Source: Phycisphaerae bacterium (GTDB taxonomy: Bacteria > Planctomycetota > Phycisphaerae > UBA1845 > Fen-1342). Taken from it: a stretch of DNA of 34,927 nucleotides. The stretch lies in contig CAXXTC010000004.1 in NCBI GenBank assembly GCA_963666925.2, forward strand, positions 1 to 34,927, written 5' to 3'. Every line of letters starts with the position of its first letter. Position 1 is the first letter of the stretch. The notes under the pieces were generated by a model. It worked only from the letters and a program-made list of their open reading frames with translations, had not been told where the DNA came from and made no database searches. The translations under genes and the position numbers were made by a program. Positions 16,784-26,578 of this stretch are shown piece by piece.

Positions 16784-19700
16784 TCAATCCGCCGGAACGA
16801 CCACGTAGCGCCTCGAAACCACGTCCATCAGCAAGCGTTGATCAACGCCGCCGCCACGCAGCTCCGGCGCCGACAGCAGCCCCGCACCAGGACGTACAAC
16901 AGCCATGAAATACTGGTGCCGATGAACCCCCGGACCCAACCCCGAAACCTCGTACCTCAGCACCGTCTCCTCGGACCCAATCCGCCGCCCGATCGGGTCA
17001 TATCCATCCGGCGTAGCGGACACCGTGCAACACGTCGCCGGCAGATGTTGCGTCCACGTGAACGCCCCCGTCGGCTCCTCAAGCGCGAACGTCTCCTCCA
17101 CCAGCAGAAAACAACCCACCTCCAGCCGCGCATCCTCCTCGACCGGCGACCAGAACCACGCCGGATCCTCCCCGTCAAACTCCTCATCGTCCCAGTCGCC
17201 CAGCTCGTCACGCAGCTCACTTCGGCTCAACACCGGGCCCCGCCGCTTCCGAGTAATACCCCGATCCACACTCCGCTCCGATGAGGCCCAAACCGACACC
17301 TTACGATCAATATGCACGGCTCCAGCCGGCGGTTGCACCGGCAGCGGCAAAACCTGGCACGGGGCCCGAAGCTCACGCGTCGCCTCTGCGTTGCTGACCA
17401 CCGCCCCCACCGCGTGCACCCCAACGCCGACGGCCTCAACCTCAGCGTGAATCCACACACCCGCCGCCGGCTCAAGCTCAATCGCCAACGCAGCATCCAG
17501 CGGACGCGTCTCCACACCAACACCCGGACGAATCACCCGCACGGCATCAAGTCGCAGACCGTCATCACCGCTCAGACGAACATCCACCCCCACCGGCTCC
17601 GGCCGGCCATTCTCCAAGCGCAGCGCCAACAACGTCCGATCTCCAACGGTCAGGCAAGCCGGCAGATCGATCTCACTACGCAAACCACGCCGAGCATCCA
17701 ACAAACACGCCCCACGCGCACAGCGCCCCTCCGGCATATACGCAACAACGATCAACTTGTACAAACCGGACACCGCCGGCAAAACCACCGGCAACTCGCC
17801 GGCGCCGTCCAGCGTCGTCGCCGTACACCACGCCGTGCTCCCCTCACGAAGCCCCCATTCCAACTCCGCCGGCAGACTCGACGCCACACCCTCCAGCCGA
17901 CCCGCTGCGCTCGGCGGCGAAACCTCAGCCGCACCAACCGTCGTGCTGACGTGCAGCCGCGGGGACTCCTGCTCCGGAGCGGTGTCAGCCGCCAGCGGCA
18001 CCGTGAACCCCACGTCGCTGGCCGGAATCAACCGAGCCACAACCGCAACCGGGCCAACACCCGCCGGCTCCACTCGCACCCCAATCGGCACGCTCGCCCC
18101 CGGCCACAACTCCACCTCCGGAACATCCAGCTCCAGCGAAAAATCCGCCCGATTGGGCGTCTCAACCGGCACCGCCGCCAGCAACTCCAAACCCGCAGGC
18201 GTCAACGAATAAAGCGCCGCCCACGCCGGCCCCTCAAGCGCACGCGGCAATCTCAGCGTCAGCGGAGTCAGCCCACCACTCCCCCCAACGCTCGCCGCCG
18301 CCAGCGGTTGACCATCCTCAACCAACACCAGCCCGGGACACCCAAGAACACCATCCAGCTCCAATTCAACCGCCGGCCGCTCGGCCGCAACAGTCGCCCG
18401 CGCCGCTCGCAGCGTCCCCCGATTCGTCGCAGCGTCGACGACAACCTCGAAACTCGTCTCCGCCACCAGCGGGTCCGCATCCAGCGCCGGTATCTCTGTC
18501 CGAGCCGTATACACCCCCGGGGTCGGCGCGTGCCACGGCTGGCTGATCAGACCCCCGTCACTCGGCCGCAGATCAAGCCGAGCAACCACCACGCCATCTC
18601 GCTCCACCGTAACATCGGGAGCTTCAACAACCGTCCGAGCCTCCGGCTCAAACCACCCAACGTTAAAACGGACCGCCCCCTCAACCGTCGGCGATTCAGG
18701 AAAATACGTAATCCACGCGTGCGCCGGCTCCGGCCCCGCCAGAACCGCCTTCCGCGCCACGCCACGCCGACCTTCCCAACTACGCACCGCCGCCGTAAGC
18801 ACCACAACGCTCGGCCCCTCGATCGGCCCAAAATTGTTCACCGGCACCCACAGCGGAAAAACGCCCACCTCATCCAACCGCCCATTACGTGTGATCGGCT
18901 CCAGACGCCGAACCGGCAACTGCGGACCACTCTCTGGCAGCGGCACCGCAACCAAATCGCAGGCAATCCGCATCCGCGGCGGAACCGAGCCCCACGGATA
19001 CGTCGCCCGCACCTGACCAACCACACGTGCGTGCGATTCCCCAGTCCACGGCGGAACCTCAACATCCACACGAAACAGCGGCCGCGCCGCCGGAGCCGTA
19101 TCACAAGTGAGTGGCCCAAATACGTTCGGCAACACACGATCCGCATGACGACACCGAATACGCAAATGCTGATCACCCACATCGACCGGAATCGGCACAT
19201 CAACCGAAAACGCCCCTCCCGGACCAACCGCCACCGATCCCGAAAACACCTCATGCTCAATAGCATCAACAACCTGCACATCCACCAACTCACCGGCCGC
19301 CACCGGCGATCCAACATCCGCGGAAAGCAGCAGGCCGCTCACATGCAGCGTCTCACCCGGACTCACCATCGGCGGGCCACCAACCAGCGCCAGCCGACGC
19401 GCGGCGGCCGTACCCTCCGGCCCGGGAAGACTGCCCCGGCACAAAACCGCATCACCACCCGTTTGCAGCAGACAATACCACCGCGAATCACGCGTCAGCC
19501 GAGCCTCCGGCGGCAGCTCAAAACTGCCCACCCCATTGTCAAGCACCACCTCACGCGGCGCAAACGAATACTGCATCCAGAACCGCGCCCGACACGCCCC
19601 CGCCGGAATCCGCAGCTCCTCCGGCCGATCCGGAGCTGCTTCCCGCACCCAAATCACCATCCGCTCACTGCCCACGACGCACGTGCCCACCAGGTTGCTC

Positions 19701-20968
19701 ACCACCAGAAGACGCTTCACAACATGCTCGCGCGCAGCGTGATCCGTACCACGCACGACTACCACGTAAGCACCCACAGCCAGGCTCAACGTCAGCGGAG
19801 ATTCCGCCTCCACACTGCTCCACCAACCATAGGGCACATCCGCAGCGGTCCGCAGATCAAACGCAGCCCGAACCGAGCCCGACTCGGGCAGCCGGGCGTC
19901 CTGCCCACGCACCGCCGGCTTCGCCAGCCATTCCTCCAGCTCCAGCGCACGCACGTTCAACTCAATCTGGTCAATTCCACGCACACGCAGTCGGGGCTCC
20001 ACCGCCGCCCCCGGCACCGCCACCTCCGGCAATTCGAGTTCGATTCCCGGCTCACGCAGGTTGGCCGCCGCCCGCATCGCCCGCTCGGCCAGCTCACCAT
20101 CCCACCGACGCCCCAGCGATTCGTACAGCTCAATCGCCGCTGCCCACTCCTCACGCTCCGCCGCGTCAACAGCCAGCGACCACGCCGCCTCGGCCCGCGG
20201 CTCGTTCAACCGCTCAGCCGCCACTAGGCCACGCAACAGTTGCCGACCCTCCTCAGCCGTATCGCCGCTCTCCAGCAACAGACGCCCCACCGTCAGATCA
20301 ACCCGCGCCAACGCCTCCGCGTGGCCCGGCAAAGCCTCAACCCGCGCCCGAATGGCACCAATCCGCGACCGGCGAACATCCCGGTAGCTCTGGCCGGACC
20401 CCGTCAGATCAACATCAAAACGCGCCGGAGTAGCCTCCCATTCCGTGTGCGCCGCCCACGCTTCCGCCAGCGCCGTCAACGCCGCCAGCTCCCGCCCCGG
20501 TAACCTCTGCCCCGCAAAACTCGCAACTGCCCTGTCCAACTTCTCCAGCGCATCAGCGGTCTCGTGCAGTCCGAGCTGCGCAATCCCACCCGCGAGCAAA
20601 CACTCCGGATCAAGCGCCAGGCTCGGATCATCCTGCCGCAACTGGCTCAGCCTAGCACTACCTTCCAGCCGACTCTCCCGCGCGTCCATGTGCAGCAGAC
20701 ACAACGCGATCAGCAGCTTGACGTCCTGTTCACCCCGCTCACTGTCAAGCTCTGACCGCACCCGCTCGCAATAACGCTGGGCCGCCACGTAGTCACCGCT
20801 CAGATAAGCCGCCCACGCCGGCGCCAGCTCGGGCGACCAGTCACGCGGCAGCGGAGCGGCCTCCTGCGCCACACCGATCGCAGTGCCAGCGAACAAACAA
20901 CAGGCACAGATCACACAAACCGCCGCCAACGACGGCACAACACGACGCAAACCAGGCTGGACGGACAT
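16784..20968 (-). CDS. Alpha-2-macroglobulin-like (MG-domain) secreted protein, apparently lacking the thioester domain
   Basis: Signal peptide, TPR-like N-terminus, then MG-like motifs LVVSNL, SPGETLHVSGLL, ELWPGASVPIGVRV, IDLPACLTVGDRTLLALRLEN; start uncertain (20968 or 21010). Confidence 0.6.
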   Translation of the reverse strand: MSVQPGLRRVVPSLAAVCVICACCLFAGTAIGVAQEAAPLPRDWSPELAPAWAAYLSGDYVAAQRYCERVRSELDSERGEQDVKLLIALCLLHMDARESRLEGSARLSQLRQDDPSLALDPECLLAGGIAQLGLHETADALEKLDRAVASFAGQRLPGRELAALTALAEAWAAHTEWEATPARFDVDLTGSGQSYRDVRRSRIGAIRARVEALPGHAEALARVDLTVGRLLLESGDTAEEGRQLLRGLVAAERLNEPRAEAAWSLAVDAAEREEWAAAIELYESLGRRWDGELAERAMRAAANLREPGIELELPEVAVPGAAVEPRLRVRGIDQIELNVRALELEEWLAKPAVRGQDARLPESGSVRAAFDLRTAADVPYGWWSSVEAESPLTLSLAVGAYVVVVRGTDHAAREHVVKRLLVVSNLVGTCVVGSERMVIWVREAAPDRPEELRIPAGACRARFWMQYSFAPREVVLDNGVGSFELPPEARLTRDSRWYCLLQTGGDAVLCRGSLPGPEGTAAARRLALVGGPPMVSPGETLHVSGLLLSADVGSPVAAGELVDVQVVDAIEHEVFSGSVAVGPGGAFSVDVPIPVDVGDQHLRIRCRHADRVLPNVFGPLTCDTAPAARPLFRVDVEVPPWTGESHARVVGQVRATYPWGSVPPRMRIACDLVAVPLPESGPQLPVRRLEPITRNGRLDEVGVFPLWVPVNNFGPIEGPSVVVLTAAVRSWEGRRGVARKAVLAGPEPAHAWITYFPESPTVEGAVRFNVGWFEPEARTVVEAPDVTVERDGVVVARLDLRPSDGGLISQPWHAPTPGVYTARTEIPALDADPLVAETSFEVVVDAATNRGTLRAARATVAAERPAVELELDGVLGCPGLVLVEDGQPLAAASVGGSGGLTPLTLRLPRALEGPAWAALYSLTPAGLELLAAVPVETPNRADFSLELDVPEVELWPGASVPIGVRVEPAGVGPVAVVARLIPASDVGFTVPLAADTAPEQESPRLHVSTTVGAAEVSPPSAAGRLEGVASSLPAELEWGLREGSTAWCTATTLDGAGELPVVLPAVSGLYKLIVVAYMPEGRCARGACLLDARRGLRSEIDLPACLTVGDRTLLALRLENGRPEPVGVDVRLSGDDGLRLDAVRVIRPGVGVETRPLDAALAIELEPAAGVWIHAEVEAVGVGVHAVGAVVSNAEATRELRAPCQVLPLPVQPPAGAVHIDRKVSVWASSERSVDRGITRKRRGPVLSRSELRDELGDWDDEEFDGEDPAWFWSPVEEDARLEVGCFLLVEETFALEEPTGAFTWTQHLPATCCTVSATPDGYDPIGRRIGSEETVLRYEVSGLGPGVHRHQYFMAVVRPGAGLLSAPELRGGGVDQRLLMDVVSRRYVVVPAD

Positions 20969-21067
20969 ACCTACTCCGAATCTCCGGGCAGCCGCGCTCC
21001 ACAGCACCACCCGGTGGTGATCAGGTCACAAGTGGTTAATTCTACCGCCCCCCGTCCAGTCCCGCAG

Positions 21068-22030
21068 TCAGCGCTGCCGAACGAAGCCCTCTTCACACAA
21101 CCCCGCCGAGCCAAGCAGCGGACGGATCTCCCCAATGAATCGCAGCGCATCCCGATAGTAGCCCGCGGTCGGACGCAGACCCGGATCGCGTTGACGCCAA
21201 TACTCATTGAACCCCTGCATCAGCAATTCACGCAGATACTTGGCCAGCATGCTCGCCAAAGCGATCGGCAAATGAAGCTGGTCACCATCGACGACAAACT
21301 GCACGTAAACGTCGCGAGACGCCGTCGCCAGCCGATACCGGCTGCACTTCGTATCACTATTAAGCACATGCAGGTGGTGGCCGGGAAACGCGTCCAACAG
21401 AACCTTGCGATAGTCCCCACGCCCCCCCAGCCGATCAACGTGAACGTAAACATCCTGGTCAGGAGTCTGATCCAGGGCATGCTGAATGAGCCGCAACACC
21501 GGCTCCAGAACAATGGCCGCCTTGTTACGCGTCCGGGCCAGCCGCTGATTGAACGCCGTCTCCGTGATAATCTCGGCCCGCAGCGCGCAACACGTCGCAC
21601 CCTGCTCATGCATCTCGCCGGCCAGACGCTCCGCTATGCCGACACAAGCCGACCGGGCCGGATCACTTGGCAGCGATCGACCCAACTCCCGATACCACGG
21701 GGATGGATCATCAGCCAGGTCCGCCCCACGCCCGAGCGCCCCCAACAACCCGCCCAGAGACTCGCACGGCGCACCCGCGCAGTGCGCAAACGCGAGCACC
21801 GTGCGCTCCAGCGTACTGATGCCCCGCTTGCGATCAAAAATCTTCTTCGAATCCCCGACCGGCAGCCGCGCCTCACCCCGCGTCGGCTTGCGACAAAGCG
21901 ATCGATCCAACAGGTCCCATAAATCCGCCTGCACACACTCCGGCCGAACCCGCCACAACGACGCACCAATCACCAGCGGCCCGAGCAGCGGCCCATAGCC
22001 GGCCTCGTCGATTCCAACCACGAGCGGCAT
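21068..22030 (-). CDS. Ribonuclease HII-like protein (long planctomycete-type)
   Basis: VGIDEAGYGPLLGPLV, VGDSKK, VHVDRLGGR, IALASMLAKYLRE. Confidence 0.8.
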   Translation of the reverse strand: MPLVVGIDEAGYGPLLGPLVIGASLWRVRPECVQADLWDLLDRSLCRKPTRGEARLPVGDSKKIFDRKRGISTLERTVLAFAHCAGAPCESLGGLLGALGRGADLADDPSPWYRELGRSLPSDPARSACVGIAERLAGEMHEQGATCCALRAEIITETAFNQRLARTRNKAAIVLEPVLRLIQHALDQTPDQDVYVHVDRLGGRGDYRKVLLDAFPGHHLHVLNSDTKCSRYRLATASRDVYVQFVVDGDQLHLPIALASMLAKYLRELLMQGFNEYWRQRDPGLRPTAGYYRDALRFIGEIRPLLGSAGLCEEGFVRQR

Positions 22031-22031
22031 T

Positions 22032-22889
22032 TCACCACCCGACGACGTAAAAGATCGCGGTGAAGACGCAATCGGCGCCGATCAGACAAACGATGCTCTT
22101 GACGACCGTCGTGGTCGTGGCATGGCCAACGCCAACCGCCCCGCCGCTGACGTTCAAACCCTCATAACACGCCAGCGAAGCAATGATCGCACCAAACACG
22201 CCCCCCTTGAACAGCCCGGTGAAATAGTCCGTAAGCGAAAGGGCGGCCCGCGTCTGATCGATGTACGTAAGCGGGTTGACATCCAGAATGAACACGCCCG
22301 TCAAAAACCCGCCGAAAACGCCAACGACGTTCGCAAGAATGGTCAACTGAACCATCATGAACGTCGTGGCAACCACGCGCGGCACCACCAGAAATCGAAT
22401 CGGATCGAGCGCGTGCGCCCGCAACGCCTTGATCTCCTCCCCTTCCACCATCGCGCCCAGCTCAGCCGCAATCGAAGCACCGGCAAAGCCGCTCAGAATC
22501 ACCGCGGTGATCAAAGCACCCAGCTCGCGAAATACCGCGATAGCAACCACGTCGGCCGTACGTTCAAGCTGGCCATACGTATCGAGCGTCGGCGCCAGGT
22601 TCAACGCCAGAATAATCCCGATGAATATCTGAACCAGCACGACGATCGGAACACTCTTCACGCCAACACGCACCGCCTGTGCAACGACAGCACTGAAACG
22701 AATACGGTGCATCCCGCCGCGCACGGACCGTGCAATCCGTTGCAGCACTACCAGCAGCAGGTGGACCACCCCCCCGACGTAAACGACGGCGTTGCCACTG
22801 GCGCTGCCGGCCTGGCGCACCGCCGCCCCCACGCTCTCGGGCCAGCGACGCCAAATCGGGGCCGGCGCAGAATGGGCGCCGTCGCTCAT
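22032..22889 (-). CDS. mlaE: MlaE-family ABC transporter permease
   Basis: RELGALITAVILSGFAGASIAAELGAM..EEIKAL, DPIRFLVVPRV, GAVGVGHATTTTVV. Confidence 0.88.
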   Translation of the reverse strand: MSDGAHSAPAPIWRRWPESVGAAVRQAGSASGNAVVYVGGVVHLLLVVLQRIARSVRGGMHRIRFSAVVAQAVRVGVKSVPIVVLVQIFIGIILALNLAPTLDTYGQLERTADVVAIAVFRELGALITAVILSGFAGASIAAELGAMVEGEEIKALRAHALDPIRFLVVPRVVATTFMMVQLTILANVVGVFGGFLTGVFILDVNPLTYIDQTRAALSLTDYFTGLFKGGVFGAIIASLACYEGLNVSGGAVGVGHATTTTVVKSIVCLIGADCVFTAIFYVVGW

Positions 22890-23236
22890 TTACCCGCCAC
22901 CTCGTCAGTGCTATCGACGATGTTGAAAAACTTGTCCAGCCGCGTGATCTCCAGCACGCTGCGCACACGCGGCTGAAGCCCGATCAGAATCACCTTCCCC
23001 TTCCGATCCTCCACCTCACGCTTGACATAGACCAGCGTCCCCACCCCGGACGAATCCATGTATTCGACGCCCGACAGATCGACCAGCAGGCTCCCGTCAC
23101 CCGTACGCGGGGCACTGAGCAATTGCCGCCGCAGTTGCGGCGCGCTCCGCAGATCAACGTCGCCGCAAATCGTAACGACGGGCTGGCTGTTAACAGTCCT
23201 GGTTTCCACGTGGAGAGCTTGTGCGTCATCGCTCAT
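22886..23236 (-). CDS. STAS-domain anti-sigma factor antagonist (RsbV/SpoIIAA-like)
   Basis: GDVDLRSAPQLR, VDLSGVEYMDSSGVGTLV with phospho-acceptor Ser. Confidence 0.92.
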   Translation of the reverse strand: MSDDAQALHVETRTVNSQPVVTICGDVDLRSAPQLRRQLLSAPRTGDGSLLVDLSGVEYMDSSGVGTLVYVKREVEDRKGKVILIGLQPRVRSVLEITRLDKFFNIVDSTDEVAGK

Positions 23237-23701
23237 TTAGGCACCCGCGCCCGAGTTGTCACGAACTGCTACGTGAGTCTTCAATTTTCTCATAACCAGG
23301 AGCATGCCGCCACCAGGGGCCCGACCATACTCCGTCGAACTTGTCATCGATCGGATAATGTGCACCCCCAGCCCGCCGGGACGAATGTCGTCCAGACTAC
23401 GCCCGCAAATCCGATCCGGATCCGTCTGCCGACCAAAATCCCGAACCCGGATCTCCAGGCCCGCCTCGTCTGCCGGCCCATCAATCTGTTCCAGCGTCAG
23501 CTCGATGCGACCATCCGTAGCCCCCCCATACCCGTGGCGGATCACGTTGGTCAGCGCCTCGTCCAGCGCCAGAACAATCTCCGAAATCTGCTGCTCAGAC
23601 CAGCCACGCTCCTGCGACCATTCCTGGATGCGCCTCCGCAGCGGAAGCAGCTCGCCGGGGTCGCTACGCAGCTCAATAAACAAACGATCCCCACCACTCA
23701 C
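23237..23701 (-). CDS. Anti-sigma factor Ser kinase (RsbW/SpoIIAB-like HATPase)
   Basis: LALDEALTNVIRHGY, VRDFG, GGLGVHII. Confidence 0.9.
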   Translation of the reverse strand: MSGGDRLFIELRSDPGELLPLRRRIQEWSQERGWSEQQISEIVLALDEALTNVIRHGYGGATDGRIELTLEQIDGPADEAGLEIRVRDFGRQTDPDRICGRSLDDIRPGGLGVHIIRSMTSSTEYGRAPGGGMLLVMRKLKTHVAVRDNSGAGA

Positions 23702-24123
23702 GGGACGCCCCCCGCGTCAGACGCGGCGGCCTGAGCCCGTGCGCCGGCGGCGCCAGCCTCTACCGTGATCTCCCCCCGACGCAACGCATCACGCCACCGT
23801 TCAATCGCTTCGAGCCGAACCGCCTCAGGATGATAGTGCCGATAACCAAAATCCCGCTGGCACAACCGCCGCAACGCCTGGCTCGCGTACATGCGCACGC
23901 CAGCATCATCGTCGTTCAGCAAATCAACCAGCTTGTCGACCGCTTCCGGATCACGACGCTCCGCCGCCCGCACCACCGCTTTGGCCCGATCCAGCGGGTT
24001 CGCCGAGTACAAACCACCCCCGTCGCGACCGCCAGACCGGCACCCCACCGCCAACGGCACCGCCAGCAATGCCAACACTGCCCCCACACACATCCACCAA
24101 CTTCTCGCTCGCCCGATCATCAT
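23698..24123 (-). CDS. HEAT-repeat lipoprotein
   Basis: Lipobox AVGC; AVDKLVDLLNDDDAGVRMYASQAL HEAT-like repeat; start ATG 24123. Confidence 0.8.
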   Translation of the reverse strand: MMIGRARSWWMCVGAVLALLAVPLAVGCRSGGRDGGGLYSANPLDRAKAVVRAAERRDPEAVDKLVDLLNDDDAGVRMYASQALRRLCQRDFGYRHYHPEAVRLEAIERWRDALRRGEITVEAGAAGARAQAAASDAGGVP

Positions 24124-24130
24124 GGCGCCG

Positions 24131-24136
24131 ATTATA
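24131..24136 (-). promoter_or_regulatory. Perfect -10 box (TATAAT) 7 nt before the ATG: leaderless internal promoter
   Basis: Minus strand reads GTTTATAATCGGCGCCATG. Confidence 0.6.
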
Positions 24137-24154
24137 AACACGAAACCGACATTC

Positions 24155-24874
24155 CTAACAGTCCGCCCACACGGCCGCTTTCCCCAACATCTGCTCAACC
24201 AGCTCAGCCGTAACCTCACCAACCCGCTCAACCACAACGTCCGCCTGCCCCACGCGCGCCGCCGGACCAATCCCAACAACACGCATCCGCGCCGCCCGCG
24301 CCGCCGCCACACCCGCCTCAGCATCCTCAATCACAACGCACCGACCAGCCGGCACACCCACCAATTCCGCCGCCTTCAAAAAAACCTGCGGATCAGGCTT
24401 CGAACGCGGAGCCGTATTCGCATCAACCACCGCGTCCAACAGCGGCTCAACACCCAGACGCGACAACACCGGCGCCGCATTTCGACTGCTCGACCCAACC
24501 GCCAGCTTGAACCCCCGTCCACGCAGATCCTCCATCAACCCACCCACCCCGGGAAGCAGATCCGCCGGCGTAACCCCCTCGACCAGCCTCAGATAATCCT
24601 CGTTCTTCCGCGCCGCCAGCCGAGCACACTCATCAGCCCCCAGCGATTGCGGACAAGCCTCCAGAAAAATATCCAGACTCGCCGCTCGACCCAACCCACG
24701 CATCCGGTCATACGTCGCCCCACCAAAATCAAAACCCATCTCATCCGCCAGCCGCTTCCAACTCCGGTAATGAAGCTCGGCCGTATCCACCAACACCCCG
24801 TCCATATCAAAAATCACGGCACAGTTGCTCAGCCGATCCGAATCGCTCAATGCAGAACCTGAAACTCGGGACAT
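24155..24874 (-). CDS. HAD-family phosphatase, beta-phosphoglucomutase-like
   Basis: IFDMDGVLVDT, GSSSRNA, SKPDPQVF, IEDAEAGV; GAGG RBS before ATG 24874. Confidence 0.88.
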   Translation of the reverse strand: MSRVSGSALSDSDRLSNCAVIFDMDGVLVDTAELHYRSWKRLADEMGFDFGGATYDRMRGLGRAASLDIFLEACPQSLGADECARLAARKNEDYLRLVEGVTPADLLPGVGGLMEDLRGRGFKLAVGSSSRNAAPVLSRLGVEPLLDAVVDANTAPRSKPDPQVFLKAAELVGVPAGRCVVIEDAEAGVAAARAARMRVVGIGPAARVGQADVVVERVGEVTAELVEQMLGKAAVWADC

Positions 24875-25338
24875 GGGCACCTCATACCTCAAAAAACATC
24901 CGCGGCGCGGGGCACAGGCTCAATCATCATCATCCTGAGGGAGAATAGCCGAAGTACCACTCGAATCAGAGGGCCCAAAAACCCATCCAAACCCCACCAG
25001 GCACCCCACAAAACAACCCCCATCCACCCTATCAGCACGTAATTCCAGTGTAGTACAGCAAATACGAAAAATCAGATAAAAATCGTGCGGTTTACTGGAC
25101 GCCACGCCATTTGTGGGTTATATTTGGTATTAAAAGAGTACGATTTCTCGATCGGGAATCACTGGCTGGCCCTGCCGGTTGTTCCCACTGGCACGGCGAA
25201 TCCAACCCGCAAGGAATCGACCTCCCAGTTTCGGGACGATCCATTCGCCGTCATCAACGTAGGAGAAGGTGGCTGAGCCGCCGCAATTACCACGCCCAGA
25301 CCGGGCCTGCCCGACTCTGGCGTCCAGGGTGAGCGAGA

Positions 25339-26353
25339 ATGAAGAAAAAGATCACTCATAATCAAAACTCCAAGCGACCGTCGGCTTCAGCGCTGCGACG
25401 CTTCAACCCAATCCGCCCACCTTCCGACCAACGCCACTCTCCGGCGATTGACTGCGGAAGACCGCGAACTGCTCCAGGACCTGCTCGAAACCGAACAGGA
25501 ATGTGTCTATCACCACTCAGATCCGTCGACGCGTACCCCCGGGCGACGGCGTCGACCTCACGCCCACGCGAAAACCGTCGCACAAGGTCGAGCCGGGCCA
25601 CAACCACCCCGAGCTCTCAATCGCCGTCGTCGACCCGACCGAACTACTGTCCGCTGAACAGGAACGCATCCTCTTCATGCGCTTCGAACTACTACCGCCA
25701 CCGCGTCATTCGCGTCCTGCGCAACTTCCGCAGCAAGCGACTCACCGCCCAGGGCACGCGCGACCTGCTCCACTGGCACAAGGCCGCCCTCGACGCCCGC
25801 ACCGACATCGTCCGCGCCAATACTTCGCTCGTCCTCGCAATGGCCCGCCGGTCACGCGCCGGCGGCGTCGAAATCAGCGAACTCGTCAGCGAAGGAAACC
25901 TCGCACTCATCCGCTGCGTCGACAAGTTCGACGCCTCACGCGGGTTTAAGTTCAGCACCTACGCCTGCCGAGCCATCCTCGCCGCCTTCTCACGTGCCGG
26001 GGCCAAGGCCGCCCGACAGCGCGCCTGCTTCCCCACCACCTACGACCCTTCCATGGAACGCAGCGACTTCCTCGACCGCAAACGCGAGACGATCGAGCAC
26101 GAGTGCATCGACGAGCTCAAACACATCCTCTTCGAGAACTCCGCCGACCTCAGCACCGTCGAACGATCCGTGCTCGACGCACGCTTCCACCTGAATCAAA
26201 CCGACGGAGAGGAAGCCCCAAAACGCAAAACCACCCTCGACCAGGTCGGCGCCATGCTCGGCGTCAGCAAGGAACGCGTCCGCCAGATCCAGAACCAGGC
26301 CATGGACAAGCTCCGCAACCTCCTCGAGGAACGCATGCTCGGCCGCCTCCTGA
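25339..26353 (+). CDS. Sigma-70 family RNA polymerase sigma factor, with apparent frameshifts
   Basis: ELVSEGNLALIRCVDKFDASRGFKFSTYA and TLDQVGAMLGVSKERVRQIQ; region-1.2-like LLSAEQERILFMRF lies in another frame and joins NYYRHR if one G is removed; likely true stop TGA 26351-26353 (MLAAS*). Confidence 0.8.
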
Positions 26354-26475
26354 TCAACGTCAGGAATACGCGGCCAACCCCTCACGAACCTTCCGCCAGA
26401 ATCCTGGTGACCTCCCGCAACCGGCGCACACGCTTCACGCCGTGTGCCCGCCTTGCTTATGCCAACGCAGCCGTA

Positions 26476-26498
26476 GTGCCATTGCTCTTGTGCAGTGG
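26476..26498 (+). repeat. REP-like palindrome copy (unoccupied)
   Basis: GTGCCATTGCTCTTGTGCAGTGG versus reconstructed IS target GTGCCACTGCTCTTGAGCAGTGC. Confidence 0.7.
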
Positions 26499-26578
26499 TT
26501 TTCTGATCGGTTGGGTGGCATGTTTGCCCGCGACAAACGACAGCCCACCATCGTTACGTTACCGCGCTTGCCGGCGCC

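Noticed and set aside
17312..20227. 971-aa plus-strand ORF and the many other long antisense ORFs (e.g. 13248-15260, 29924-31549)
   Set aside because: Shadow frames of real genes in GC-rich DNA; R/P/H-rich with no motifs
25189..25203. TGGCACG as a sigma54 -24 box upstream of the sigma factor
   Set aside because: No TTGC -12 element at the required spacing
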